Below are positions 10,793-20,945 of a stretch of 64,000 bases of DNA, piece after piece. The translations under genes and the position numbers were made by a program. The DNA is from Candidatus Poribacteria bacterium (GTDB lineage: Bacteria > Poribacteria > WGA-4E > WGA-3G). Each line of letters starts with the position of its first letter. The stretch's first letter is position 1. The notes under the pieces are model-generated. The model was not told the DNA's origin. It searched no databases and worked only from the letters and a program-made list of their open reading frames with translations. The stretch covers positions 128,001 to 192,000 of the forward strand of contig CBDBFU010000003.1 in the NCBI GenBank assembly GCA_965205025.1, read 5' to 3'.

Positions 10793-11632
10793 TCATTGTA
10801 AGGATTTTAGTTCTGCCCAGGTAATTGCTAACTTATCTCTTGGTTCAACATCAAAAGCAGTGCTGACGAGTTTAATATTGTCAAACGCCCACCACCAATC
10901 GTTTTTTGCATCAGTGAGACTGAAACTAATGATCATTTCTTTAGCATCCGCCGGATTATTAATAGGTATTTCTAAGGATTCGTTCACTTGTTCTAAATCA
11001 TTTAACTTTTCCTTATTTTTCTTAAGAGTAGGAATGGTAACAAGTGTCGTCTCACCTAAACTCGCGAACAGTAAGATTTGTTTTTCGCCACCACCGTCAA
11101 AACGGACTGTGATCTCAGCAGTTTGATCAGCATAAGGACGCCAACTTGAATCTAATGATAAAACGAGAGATCTTGCTTTTGCCCCTTTGATATTGATGGT
11201 AGGTGTGATTATATGTCCATTCCAATCACTTTCTGCATCGGGGTCACCATTTACTTCCCAGTCATCCCATTCATCTGGGTCTGACACCACTCCATTACCA
11301 ATACCTTTACCGCCTTTGTTTTTTGAAGTAAACTGACTCCGTTCCTGGTCTCCAGCAGTTTGTGTCCACCATTCAAGGCTAACAATTGCCCATGTTCGCC
11401 ATTCAGGCATACCGAGGTTTTTTGGATTCTCATTTTTGATCTTCCAACCATCAGGTCCTGTCCCCGACCAAACTTTAACTCCCTTAACATCTTCTTCTAT
11501 GCTATCTTCAAGTTTCACATTCTCAAAATCTTCTTCAAAAAGTACCGTATCTCTACCCCAAATTGTTGGTATACTAATCAAGAGAGTTATCAGTATAATT
11601 GCATACTTAAAAAGTTTTATATTGCCGTTCAT
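10793..11632 (-). CDS. Secreted Trp/Asp-rich uncharacterised protein, paralog 1 of 3
   Basis: Signal peptide; MPEWRTWAIV, DPDEWDDW, NDWWWAFDN; C-terminal VEPRDKLAITWAELK. Confidence 0.8.
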   Translation of the reverse strand: MNGNIKLFKYAIILITLLISIPTIWGRDTVLFEEDFENVKLEDSIEEDVKGVKVWSGTGPDGWKIKNENPKNLGMPEWRTWAIVSLEWWTQTAGDQERSQFTSKNKGGKGIGNGVVSDPDEWDDWEVNGDPDAESDWNGHIITPTINIKGAKARSLVLSLDSSWRPYADQTAEITVRFDGGGEKQILLFASLGETTLVTIPTLKKNKEKLNDLEQVNESLEIPINNPADAKEMIISFSLTDAKNDWWWAFDNIKLVSTAFDVEPRDKLAITWAELKSLQ

Positions 11633-11704
11633 CAGATTGGTCCTCCAAAGGTTTAACCAATTAATAGTATGTTAGCAGAATAAACTTTATTTAAAATTAT
11701 AGAA

Positions 11705-12553
11705 TTATTTTAAAGATTTCAGTTCTGCCCATTTCACAGCTAATTTATCTCTTGGTTCAACATCAAATGCAGTACTTACAAGTTGAATGTTATCAATTGC
11801 CCACCACCAATCATTTTTTGCCTCAATAACCCCAAAACTAATTACGATCTCAGCGGCATCCGCGGGATTGTCAATGGGAATTTCCAACGTTTCGTTCACC
11901 TGTTCTAAATCGTTAAATTTTTTCTCATTTTGGTTTAGAGTAGGAATTGTGGCAAGTGTTTGCACTCCGGAACTCTTATACAATAGGATTCTTTCCTCTT
12001 TACCACCGTCGAAACTCACAGTGATTTCAGCAGTTTGCGTATCTTCAGGACGCCAGCTTGAATCGAATTTTAGGACAAGTGATTCGGCAGCAGCCCCTTT
12101 GATATTTATAGGAGGCGTAAGTAGGTGCCCATTCCAGTCACTTTTTGCTTCCGGTTTACCATTTACTTCCCAATCATCCCATTCATCAGGATCAGCCACT
12201 GCTCCGTTCCCTATCCCTTTACCGTCTTTCTGTTTTGAAGTAAACTGAGTCCGTTCTTGATCTCCAGCAGTTTGTGTCCACCATTCAAGGCTAACAATTG
12301 CCCATGTTCGCCATTCAGGCATACCAAGGTCTTTGGGATTTTCGTTTGTAATTTCCCAACCATCAGGTCCTGTTCCGGACCAAACGTCAGCTGCTTTAAC
12401 CCCTTCTTCTATACTGTCTTCAAGTTTCACGCTCTCAAAGTCTTCTTGAAAAAGAACTGTATCATCTCCCCATATAGCAAGGGGTGTAAGACACAAGGTT
12501 ATCACAAGTATAGTGTTTATACTCGATTTTATAATTCCATTTTTCATATTCAT
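11705..12553 (-). CDS. Secreted Trp/Asp-rich uncharacterised protein, paralog 2 of 3
   Basis: Colinear paralog of 10793..11632; ends VEPRDKLAVKWAELK. Confidence 0.8.
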   Translation of the reverse strand: MNMKNGIIKSSINTILVITLCLTPLAIWGDDTVLFQEDFESVKLEDSIEEGVKAADVWSGTGPDGWEITNENPKDLGMPEWRTWAIVSLEWWTQTAGDQERTQFTSKQKDGKGIGNGAVADPDEWDDWEVNGKPEAKSDWNGHLLTPPINIKGAAAESLVLKFDSSWRPEDTQTAEITVSFDGGKEERILLYKSSGVQTLATIPTLNQNEKKFNDLEQVNETLEIPIDNPADAAEIVISFGVIEAKNDWWWAIDNIQLVSTAFDVEPRDKLAVKWAELKSLK

Positions 12554-12589
12554 CTCCGGATGGTTTTCAGTAAATAACCCATTTGATTT

Positions 12590-12619
12590 GGATATTAAGG
12601 CATTTTCGCCTTAATATCC
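12590..12619. terminator. Hairpin between paralogs 3 and 2
   Basis: GGATATTAAGGC-N6-GCCTTAATATCC. Confidence 0.6.
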
Positions 12620-12634
12620 AGGGATCAGGGATAA

Positions 12635-13483
12635 CTATTTAACCGATTTTAGTTCAGCCCATTTTACGGCTAATTTATCTTTAAGTTGTACATCAGTTGC
12701 AACAAAGGCAGTACTAATGAGTTTGACATTATCAAATGCCCACCACCAATCATTTTTTGCGGTAAGAAGACCAAAGCTAATTACTATTTCATCAGCACCA
12801 TCAGGATTGTTAATTGGTATTTCTAAAGATTCGTTAACCTGTTCTAAATCGTTAATTAATTCTTCATTTTTGTTGAGAGTAGGAATAGTGACAAGTGTTT
12901 GCTCACCTAAACTATCGAACAAAAGGATACGTTCTTCTTCATTCCCGTCAAAACTTGCGGTGATTACAGCGGTTTGATCAGCATAGGGACGCCAACTTGA
13001 ATCTAAAGATAAGACCAGTGAATTTGCACCTGCCCCTTGGATATTTATGGGAGGCGTAATAATATGTCCGTTCCAATCACTGATGGAATCTGGGTCACCG
13101 TTTTGAGTCCAATCATCCCATTCATCAGGGTCTGAAACTACTCCATTTCCCATACCTTTACCATTGTTCTCAGAAATGAACTGCCCCCTTTCTTGGTCTT
13201 CCGCTGTTTGTACCCACCACTCAAGTTTTACAATTGCCCATGTTCGCCATTCAGGCATACCAAGGTCTTTGGGATTTTCGTTTGTAATCTCCCATCCATC
13301 AGGTCCTGTATCGGACCAGACGCTTGTTCCTTTAACGCCTTCTGCTATACTGTCTTTAAGTTTCACACTCTCAAAATCTTCTTCAAAAAGCACTACATCT
13401 GCCCCCCAAATTATTTGGGTGGTGAGACATAGGGTTACCACAAGAACGATATGTGAAAACCCTTTTATAGTTTTAATAAACAT
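12635..13483 (-). CDS. Secreted Trp/Asp-rich uncharacterised protein, paralog 3 of 3
   Basis: Colinear paralog; ends VQLKDKLAVKWAELK. Confidence 0.8.
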   Translation of the reverse strand: MFIKTIKGFSHIVLVVTLCLTTQIIWGADVVLFEEDFESVKLKDSIAEGVKGTSVWSDTGPDGWEITNENPKDLGMPEWRTWAIVKLEWWVQTAEDQERGQFISENNGKGMGNGVVSDPDEWDDWTQNGDPDSISDWNGHIITPPINIQGAGANSLVLSLDSSWRPYADQTAVITASFDGNEEERILLFDSLGEQTLVTIPTLNKNEELINDLEQVNESLEIPINNPDGADEIVISFGLLTAKNDWWWAFDNVKLISTAFVATDVQLKDKLAVKWAELKSVK

Positions 13484-13667
13484 GATTATCTCCTAAGATA
13501 GATTTTTGAATTAATTTTACATTCAACACCGATGCGATTGGAAAATCTTTAACAATATTACGACGATCAAGTATTTCTTAAACGAAACTTACGTTGTGTT
13601 ATGAAATGTATGTCTATGTTATGATGTATAATACTATCTATCTAATTCCAATTATGATCATAATCAA

Positions 13668-15296
13668 TTAGTAACTGACAGCGTAACCGTCAGTTCTTGG
13701 GTCTGATCCACCGATAAGTGCTCCAGATTCAGGGTGTACCTTGATAGCTTGTGCACTTCCTGGTCCACCCCAATCCCCAACGGGTTGTATTTCATGTCCT
13801 CTTTCTGCCAATTGTTCTCGGACATCAGAAGGAAAACGGGTTTCTAATTGAAGGTGATTTGAACAGGTGTGTGGAATTGTAGATTCCATCGGGTTTTGTA
13901 GACTACGCCATCTCGGGGCTGAGACAGCTTCTTGTGGCGTCATTCCAAAATCAAGCATGTGGGTGACTAACTGTAGGTTTGTTTGAACTTGTGTATCTGC
14001 CCCAGGAGTTCCACACGTTAATACGGGTTTTCCGTCTTTTGTAACAATTACTGGATTCATTGTGTGCCGGACTCGTTTTCCAGGGATCAAACTGTTTGGA
14101 TGGTCTTCCTCCAGATGCCAATAGGTCATGCGGTTGTTTAACAAGATACCTGTATCTCCAGCGACCAAACCGGAACCGAACCCTGATTGAATGCTCTGAA
14201 GAATGCAAACAAGATTTCCTGCACTATCCGCAGCACAGAAGCATGTTGTATCTTCGTGTGATTCTGGCAGTCCCGCTGAAACATCAACCGCTGCTTTTTC
14301 CAAATCAATTCGTTCGGCTTGTTCCGCTGCATAAGATTTAGACAGCAATCCTTCTATTGGAACATCTATCCAATTGGGATCTGCCATGTATTTTTCACGA
14401 TCGGCAAATGCGAGTTTTTTCGCTTCAACCATCACATGTATACTTTCGGCAGTATTACATCCCAAGGCTTGTAAATCAAATAATTCAACGACGTTCAATT
14501 CTTGCAATAAGATATGTCCACTTGAATTTGGTGGCATTTCATAAACATCATAGCCACGGTAGTTTATTTGTATTGGGTCATCCCAATGTGCATGGAAGTT
14601 TGCCAAGTCTTCAGCAGATAGGAGTCCATCATAAGTTTGACTGTATTCAGCAATAGTCTTTGCAATTTCACCTTCGTAGAATATATCTCTTCCATCTTTA
14701 GCAATTTTGCGGAAGGTTTTTCCGAGATTTGGATTTGCGAGGATTTCTCCAGAAGGTATCGGTTCACCATCATTTGTAAAGATTTCTCGACTGTCTGGTT
14801 CAGCAGCGAAACGTTCGTTTTCACCACGTAATCCACCTGCCAGTCTATGGCTAACTGGAAATCCTTCTTCGCAAAGTGAGATGGCAGGAGTGAATACCTC
14901 TTCTAGTTTTAGATTGCCATACTTTTCGTGTGCAAGTAGCCACCCATCAACAAGTCCAGGAACAGAAACACTCCGTATGCCTTTCATAGGTATACCACCA
15001 TTTTTTAGGTATGTTTCACGAGTTGCAGCACTTGGCGCTGGTCCTGTTGCATTTACAGCTGCGACTTGTCCTGTTTCTGCCCAATAGATGAGGATAAAAC
15101 CATCGCCACCCGGACCGGAACCAGCAGGTTCAACAACACCGATTGCAGCGGCAGTAGCGATTGCGGCATCAACAGCATTACCCCCTGCCATCATTGTTTG
15201 TATACCTGCTTGTGATGCGAGAACGTGTCCTGATGCCACCATACCGTTTTTGCCCATTATAGATGGCCGAAACGCTGAACCGTGGGGTGATTGCAT
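13668..15296 (-). CDS. ggt: Gamma-glutamyltransferase family protein (no signal peptide)
   Basis: GGNAVDAAIA, VSVPG, PPNSSG, catalytic DTT, LLNNRM, GTPGAD, SDPRTDG. Confidence 0.93.
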   Translation of the reverse strand: MQSPHGSAFRPSIMGKNGMVASGHVLASQAGIQTMMAGGNAVDAAIATAAAIGVVEPAGSGPGGDGFILIYWAETGQVAAVNATGPAPSAATRETYLKNGGIPMKGIRSVSVPGLVDGWLLAHEKYGNLKLEEVFTPAISLCEEGFPVSHRLAGGLRGENERFAAEPDSREIFTNDGEPIPSGEILANPNLGKTFRKIAKDGRDIFYEGEIAKTIAEYSQTYDGLLSAEDLANFHAHWDDPIQINYRGYDVYEMPPNSSGHILLQELNVVELFDLQALGCNTAESIHVMVEAKKLAFADREKYMADPNWIDVPIEGLLSKSYAAEQAERIDLEKAAVDVSAGLPESHEDTTCFCAADSAGNLVCILQSIQSGFGSGLVAGDTGILLNNRMTYWHLEEDHPNSLIPGKRVRHTMNPVIVTKDGKPVLTCGTPGADTQVQTNLQLVTHMLDFGMTPQEAVSAPRWRSLQNPMESTIPHTCSNHLQLETRFPSDVREQLAERGHEIQPVGDWGGPGSAQAIKVHPESGALIGGSDPRTDGYAVSY

Positions 15297-15311
15297 TTGG
15301 AATCCTCCGTA

Positions 15312-16379
15312 TTATGCTAACATCTTCGCTGCAAAAGTTTCTACATCAACGCGTTCGTGTGTTCGGGCAGATTCGTTACATGCTTCCATCAATATCCATG
15401 TGCCTAATGTGGTATCCTGTATCCACTCACGGTCTTTGCCTGTAGTGATAGCTTCAGCGAAAGCATCAAATTGTAGTCTGTCGTCTTCAATCAACCCTCC
15501 GTGCAGATCTTGTAGTGTGATGTTTTCAATTTCTTTTCCTGTTCGAAAGAGTTGCAGGTGTCCTCCATCTCTGCGTATGTCTCCTTCTTCACCGTGGAAT
15601 GTCCAACTACCGCTCCATCCAAATGCTCCCATGTGTCCAGCACGAGTACCAGCATACGTAAATGGTGCACCATTAGCATATTCCATCAATGCATTGCCAC
15701 CTGCTGTCCCCCATGCTTCTATCTGTCCTAAATCGGGATCACGTCGGTTATGTACTTGTGCAGTAACATATTTTGGTAAACCTTTAGCAGCAACGAGTTG
15801 GTCAAGCTGATGGTTACAACCAGCATGGAAATAGAGTCCATCCACATAAGCGTCTGGTTGTCGAGAATCGGGGCCTGTAAATAGATTTTGACGTATCCAG
15901 AATCGACATTCTCCACCCAACATTTCACCAATTCCGTCATTTTCTCTGAGCCAATCCCGCATTTTCGCAGCTGCAGGATTCCAACGTTTGTTCTGTCCTT
16001 GAACCAAAATAGTTCCAGGATTTGCTTTGTGTGCTTTAATTATGTCGTGAAATTCTGCTTGGGTTGTTGCAATAGGTTTAACACAGAGTGTGTGCATGCC
16101 GAGGTTTAAACTCTCAACGATGAGTTCCGCATGGACTGTCGTTGAGGCGTAGATTAGACATGCTTGTGCATCGTGTTTCTCTTTTGCTTCGGTTATGGTT
16201 GTATAAATACGTTCTGATAAACCTTCAGGTGCACCATCTATTGATTCAACACCGTTTTTTGCAGCCTCAAGATTTATGTCTACACATGCAACAGGTTCAA
16301 GACCGTGCGTATTGACCTGTGCTTGTAAACGTCCGTGTGCAAAATGTGTGCAGCCAACATGAATAGTAGGTATTGGCAT
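15312..16379 (-). CDS. Gfo/Idh/MocA family oxidoreductase
   Basis: N-terminal Rossmann-like region, HTLCVKPIA, GQNKRWNP. Confidence 0.8.
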   Translation of the reverse strand: MPIPTIHVGCTHFAHGRLQAQVNTHGLEPVACVDINLEAAKNGVESIDGAPEGLSERIYTTITEAKEKHDAQACLIYASTTVHAELIVESLNLGMHTLCVKPIATTQAEFHDIIKAHKANPGTILVQGQNKRWNPAAAKMRDWLRENDGIGEMLGGECRFWIRQNLFTGPDSRQPDAYVDGLYFHAGCNHQLDQLVAAKGLPKYVTAQVHNRRDPDLGQIEAWGTAGGNALMEYANGAPFTYAGTRAGHMGAFGWSGSWTFHGEEGDIRRDGGHLQLFRTGKEIENITLQDLHGGLIEDDRLQFDAFAEAITTGKDREWIQDTTLGTWILMEACNESARTHERVDVETFAAKMLA

Positions 16380-16426
16380 ATTCAGTCTCCTTTCAAAACC
16401 AAACAGTATGATAAAACTATTATGAA

Positions 16427-17590
16427 TTAATCTTGGGAAAAATCTACAGTCGGAGGATTGATGAAATCGTGATATTTTTGAGCGACCCTACCTTCGGTTG
16501 CATCACCGGCATGAATCAATACTCGGAACCTGAAGTGCATTTCCTCACCTTCTTTAAGAGTGTAAGAACCATCTTTAGCTGGATCGCGTTCAAATGTTCC
16601 ACCCCCAAAGATATTACTCCCCATTAACCCATAATTGCGAACGTGCCAATAGGTTGGATACCGCGGATTTACAATATGATCGAATACTGCAATCCCAACT
16701 GGAGTGCCGTCAACAATACCGGAATAATCACACCAGTTAGCGCGTTTACCCCAAGTTTCACCTTCGTTGATTCCACCGAAAGCGTTTTCAATTTTTCCTC
16801 CATCTGATGCATTCATTGATGGATGAACCCGAATTGACATGATGCCACCCTCTTTTGTATCGCCAAAGTGTACATCTCCTGCAGAAGCGATAAAACTTAA
16901 ATCAAGATCAACAAATGATCTATCCTCAGGCAGGTTATAGATGCGGAAGTTCTGTCTATCCGTCATCAATACTGTTCCATCTTTAGTTTCCCAATTGTTA
17001 TCAGTATATATCCTGCTGAGAACAGAACCACCGTGTTGTTGTGTGAAACCTTGATGAACAACTCTTCCGGAATTATCACCTTCACCCCACAAATCAATAT
17101 CATTGACTTCACCGTATGCTACATAGAGTGATCGGTGATGGACATGGTCTTTTGAGGTTTGGCTTGTTTCTCCTCGTGTCACTTCTCGACCGTTTGGACC
17201 TAAAACAGGGAAGAAATAGGGTCGGTATTGTGATTTTGCATAGCGAAATGTTGTAAAATGTCTTCCATTAAGAGTAATGTCAATTGTTTCTGATTCGTTT
17301 TTTAACTCAACCCCTGTTTCTTGCGGAACAGTCCCTGCAGATAGGGAATAGGTACGTGAGTCTCCTGCGTTAAGATCATTAAGTATCCAAGCTAAAGATG
17401 TAGATTCCCCATCATCGCTTGTAAAGCACTGGGCTGTTATAACATCTCCGGTTCCTGAATCTGTTAAAATGACATCTTGGTCGACAAGTTCACTTACACC
17501 GGGATGGTCGACGTTAACTACAACAGGACACCCATCCCGGTTGTGGAAATCTGCGTTAACAGTAAGTGTTAGGTCGTTCGGATTTGCCAT
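16427..17590 (-). CDS. DUF6807 / 'PmoA-family' sugar-binding-fold protein (not a true methane monooxygenase)
   Basis: RPYFFPVLGPNG, DHVHHRSL, FGDTKEGG, WCDYSG, WHVRNYG. Confidence 0.8.
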   Translation of the reverse strand: MANPNDLTLTVNADFHNRDGCPVVVNVDHPGVSELVDQDVILTDSGTGDVITAQCFTSDDGESTSLAWILNDLNAGDSRTYSLSAGTVPQETGVELKNESETIDITLNGRHFTTFRYAKSQYRPYFFPVLGPNGREVTRGETSQTSKDHVHHRSLYVAYGEVNDIDLWGEGDNSGRVVHQGFTQQHGGSVLSRIYTDNNWETKDGTVLMTDRQNFRIYNLPEDRSFVDLDLSFIASAGDVHFGDTKEGGIMSIRVHPSMNASDGGKIENAFGGINEGETWGKRANWCDYSGIVDGTPVGIAVFDHIVNPRYPTYWHVRNYGLMGSNIFGGGTFERDPAKDGSYTLKEGEEMHFRFRVLIHAGDATEGRVAQKYHDFINPPTVDFSQD

Positions 17591-17676
17591 GAATCTCCTT
17601 AAATACCATTCATTATAATTATTAGGTGTTATGTATTATTGCAATTTGGATAGTAGAGACTTATTAGAACACTAAC

Positions 17677-18036
17677 TTATTTGTCTGGATTGTCAGCACT
17701 AAGTTCAAGTATTGCCTCTTCTTCACTATCATAATTTTCAAAGACAGTTGCTAATCTTCCAAGAACGAGTAGGTTTCGAATATGTGCCCCTGCGTTTACA
17801 AGTGCAGTACGTCCACCTTTGCGTGTGATAGTAACATGAACAGAAACAAGTGTGCCTAAACCACTACTATCCATACGTGTAACTTCTTCAAGGTTAAATA
17901 TTACATGTGGTGAATCGAAGTGTTCCTCAAGTTCTTCATGTATTTGTTGTCTAATTTCAACATTGGCAGGACCGATCATACGTCCTGTGGGACGTATAAC
18001 AATTACACCTTCTCTATGACGAATTTCAGCTAACAT
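17677..18036 (-). CDS. STAS domain anti-sigma factor antagonist
   Basis: VTRMDSSGLGTL phosphoacceptor motif; 119 aa. Confidence 0.92.
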   Translation of the reverse strand: MLAEIRHREGVIVIRPTGRMIGPANVEIRQQIHEELEEHFDSPHVIFNLEEVTRMDSSGLGTLVSVHVTITRKGGRTALVNAGAHIRNLLVLGRLATVFENYDSEEEAILELSADNPDK

Positions 18037-18219
18037 TTTCTTTCCTCGTAGTTAAAGTAGTTAAACCGCATTTATGGTGTATCAGGTAAATAACAATTCC
18101 CGAATTGTGCATTTCCTCGACGAATACCGTAGGTGTATTTACCATTGATTCACCGTAGGAATTAGTAATGTATAGAAAATATTAATCCACTATAAACGCG
18201 GAGATAGTTTAATAGTGTT

Positions 18220-18248
18220 AGTATAACGAATCTATGTAGTTAAGTCAA
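18220..18248 (-). promoter_or_regulatory. Sigma70-type promoter for the STAS gene (long leader)
   Basis: TTGACT-17 nt-TATACT on minus strand. Confidence 0.7.
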
Positions 18249-18283
18249 GAATGTACTTATTATTCAGTACGGTAATTAAGTTT

Positions 18284-19741
18284 CTAACGTCCGGAAGATG
18301 GCGATTGTGGCCAGTGAATTCCACGTTGTCCGGATAAGCTGCGATTTGCTGATGGACGGTACTCACCGTCAGGTAGACCGACAAGTTTTCCATCTTCGAT
18401 CCATTTTAAGTCGTTACCGTATATTTCCGCTCTCAGAAGTTCTGTCAATCTATCGAGTATAGCTGCATGTCCGGGTGAGTCAGATAGGTCATTTAATTCT
18501 CTCGGATCCTCTTCTAAATCAAAGAGTTGTCGGTAGTTTCCGGTTCCATAGTAGATCAGCTTATAGCGTCCTTCATGTATCATTCGGGTTGCGGTACCTC
18601 CTTCACCTACTTCTCCGTATAACCATTCGCGTTTATTGTCCCCTACCATTGGGATTCCTTCTACTGTATCAGGTATATCTACTCCAGCGAGATGAAGGAG
18701 TGTTGGCATTACGTCCTGCCATCCAACAAGACGATTATCTACTCTATTGTGTCCTACTCGGTCGTCCCCTGCTTTTCCAACAAGGATCATAGGAACGTTG
18801 GTAGAATCTTCATAATAGAGTCGTTTTGCCCACATTTTGTGATTACCCAACATATCACCGTGGTCAGAAGTAAAGAGTATAATAGTGTCGTTTAAGAGTC
18901 CTTCTTCGCGGAGTGTTCCAATAACGAGACGTAATTGATGGTCAATGTGAGTGCAAAGTGCATAAAATGCTTGACGTGCCGAACGAATTAGGTCTTCATT
19001 ATAGAGTGAATCTTGCCTTTGTCGTGATTTTAATGGCAAAGGTAAATTATCGAATTCTTTAGACCATTCACCGTGATATGGCATTTCTACATCAACATTT
19101 CGATACATATCCATGTAGCATTGGAGTGGTGCTAATGGTGGATGTGGATGACAGTAGGATAGATACCAAAAACTGGGACGAGTAGGGTCCCGCCGTTTTA
19201 TATAACGCACCATCTGCTGTGTGCTCCAGTTGGTGACGTGACAATCCTCCGGTAGGTGCCAAGGACGGTTGAGATAATCGTTATTACACATGCCGTGTGC
19301 GAATTGTTGTCCGGCATAACCTTTATCTCCGAGAAAGAGTTCATAGTCGTCAATCACTCCATATTGAGTTCTACCTTCCTCACCTAACATAACATCATCA
19401 AACCCTATACGGTCACGTTGGGGATAGACATGAAGTTTTCCAACTGCGTATGCTTGATACCCCGCTTCTCGAAAAGTCTGAGCAACTGTTGGTAGTCCAT
19501 TTATTCCTTTTTTATCGTTGAATACCCTGTCTTTGTGTGTTCGCGTTGTTGTTCCAGTCATTAACGTTTTCCTGGCTGGTACACACACGGGACATTCGCT
19601 GTAACCACGTGTGAAACGAGTTCCTGCACGAGCAAGTGAGTCGAGAGTAGGCGTTTGGATTGTTGGATGTCCACTGACACCGAGGAGCGAGTTTGGCCAA
19701 TGGTCGGTTGTAATGAGAAGGACATTCGGATTATCAGACAT
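18284..19741 (-). CDS. Sulfatase (Cys-type, FGly-dependent)
   Basis: CVPAR (CxPxR), GKLH, PHPP, FTSDHG. Confidence 0.93.
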   Translation of the reverse strand: MSDNPNVLLITTDHWPNSLLGVSGHPTIQTPTLDSLARAGTRFTRGYSECPVCVPARKTLMTGTTTRTHKDRVFNDKKGINGLPTVAQTFREAGYQAYAVGKLHVYPQRDRIGFDDVMLGEEGRTQYGVIDDYELFLGDKGYAGQQFAHGMCNNDYLNRPWHLPEDCHVTNWSTQQMVRYIKRRDPTRPSFWYLSYCHPHPPLAPLQCYMDMYRNVDVEMPYHGEWSKEFDNLPLPLKSRQRQDSLYNEDLIRSARQAFYALCTHIDHQLRLVIGTLREEGLLNDTIILFTSDHGDMLGNHKMWAKRLYYEDSTNVPMILVGKAGDDRVGHNRVDNRLVGWQDVMPTLLHLAGVDIPDTVEGIPMVGDNKREWLYGEVGEGGTATRMIHEGRYKLIYYGTGNYRQLFDLEEDPRELNDLSDSPGHAAILDRLTELLRAEIYGNDLKWIEDGKLVGLPDGEYRPSANRSLSGQRGIHWPQSPSSGR

Positions 19742-20117
19742 TGGTGATTTTCCTTCCTGTCGAAACTGTATTGTTATATTTTGCTATCCTATCAGAAGAT
19801 ATGACAATTGACAAGTGAAAATGTGCGATAAGTCTTTACCCAACAAGGTTTTTATGACATGCAATCACAACATGTCATAATTCAGTGTTTAAAGATTCAT
19901 ATTTTAATGTTGAGATCACTATAAGCAATTTTGGAATCAGTGGCTTAGAGTAATGTTCCCTATCCTTATTAACATCTTTGATCTCACCTTATTCCAGAGA
20001 AGGTAGTTAAATTGTGAAGAAAAACTAAGTATGAGGTCTCATATAAGAATATAGGATGGTTGGTTGAGCAGGTGATAGGAACTCCAGTCTAACAATTTAC
20101 TGATCTTAGGAGGAATT

Positions 20118-20945
20118 ATGACAAAAAAAGAGGGAAGGACTCTTGAAGTAATCATTGGTATTATTGGAGTTCTTGTTGTTGGTATTATACTATTACAAGT
20201 GTTGAAAAAACAAGCAATTGAGACAGATGAAGTACAACGAGTTGTTAAATCGGAAGATCGACGAATTACGAAGTCACCATTTATTAGGCACACATCTGAA
20301 AGAGTTGCGGAGACGATTCCTGAAACCGAACAGGAAAAATTGGATGTAGGATCTGGTGAAGCAGGAATGTCATCAGTACCAGAAAATGTGCCCACAGCTC
20401 AAAGCGAGGATAGTGACATCAAAGAATTTCAAGCGTGGCTCTCATCCATTCTTGAACAGGATAAATCTGTCAAGGAAGTTAAACCTAAAAAAATTGATAT
20501 AGAAGAGAATGGAATGGACTATGCTCAAGAGAAATCCATGATAAAGTCGGTGATAGAACTTCAATGGAGAAACGCCTTTGAAACTTACGATATTGAAGGT
20601 TATATGTCTGCGATTTGGGAAGACGATTTCTTCTATATTAGTGATATGGGAACACCTAATATCATGGATGATGATGTTATATTTCGGGGTGGTCAAGAGG
20701 AACGCCAGGGGGCATTAAGAATCTTCAATAATACTCGTGACATCAAAATGGATATATCTAAAAATGGAGATGTTGAATTTTTGAGTGAGACACTTGCCAT
20801 GGTTGAGTATAATTACGACGTAATATTCACTTTTGAGGAGAATGAAGCTTACCCGTCGGGACGTATGGTTTTTGTTATGGAGCATCGAGAAGAGGGAGGT
20901 TGGCGTATTCTTGAATGGTATGACTTTGCGAATCCGGACCCGTAA
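20118..20945 (+). CDS. Membrane-anchored hypothetical protein with C-terminal NTF2/SnoaL-like domain
   Basis: N-terminal TM; WRNAFETYDIEGYMSAI...GGWRILEW. Confidence 0.6.
   Translation: MTKKEGRTLEVIIGIIGVLVVGIILLQVLKKQAIETDEVQRVVKSEDRRITKSPFIRHTSERVAETIPETEQEKLDVGSGEAGMSSVPENVPTAQSEDSDIKEFQAWLSSILEQDKSVKEVKPKKIDIEENGMDYAQEKSMIKSVIELQWRNAFETYDIEGYMSAIWEDDFFYISDMGTPNIMDDDVIFRGGQEERQGALRIFNNTRDIKMDISKNGDVEFLSETLAMVEYNYDVIFTFEENEAYPSGRMVFVMEHREEGGWRILEWYDFANPDP

Noticed and set aside
15088-15810. 240-aa plus-strand ORF and other antisense ORFs (e.g. 9026..9556, 53868..54428, 63070..63510)
   Set aside because: Shadow ORFs opposite well-supported genes
16427-17590. Particulate methane monooxygenase
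   Set aside because: The protein is soluble with no TM helices and no pmoB/pmoC; the family name is a known misnomer
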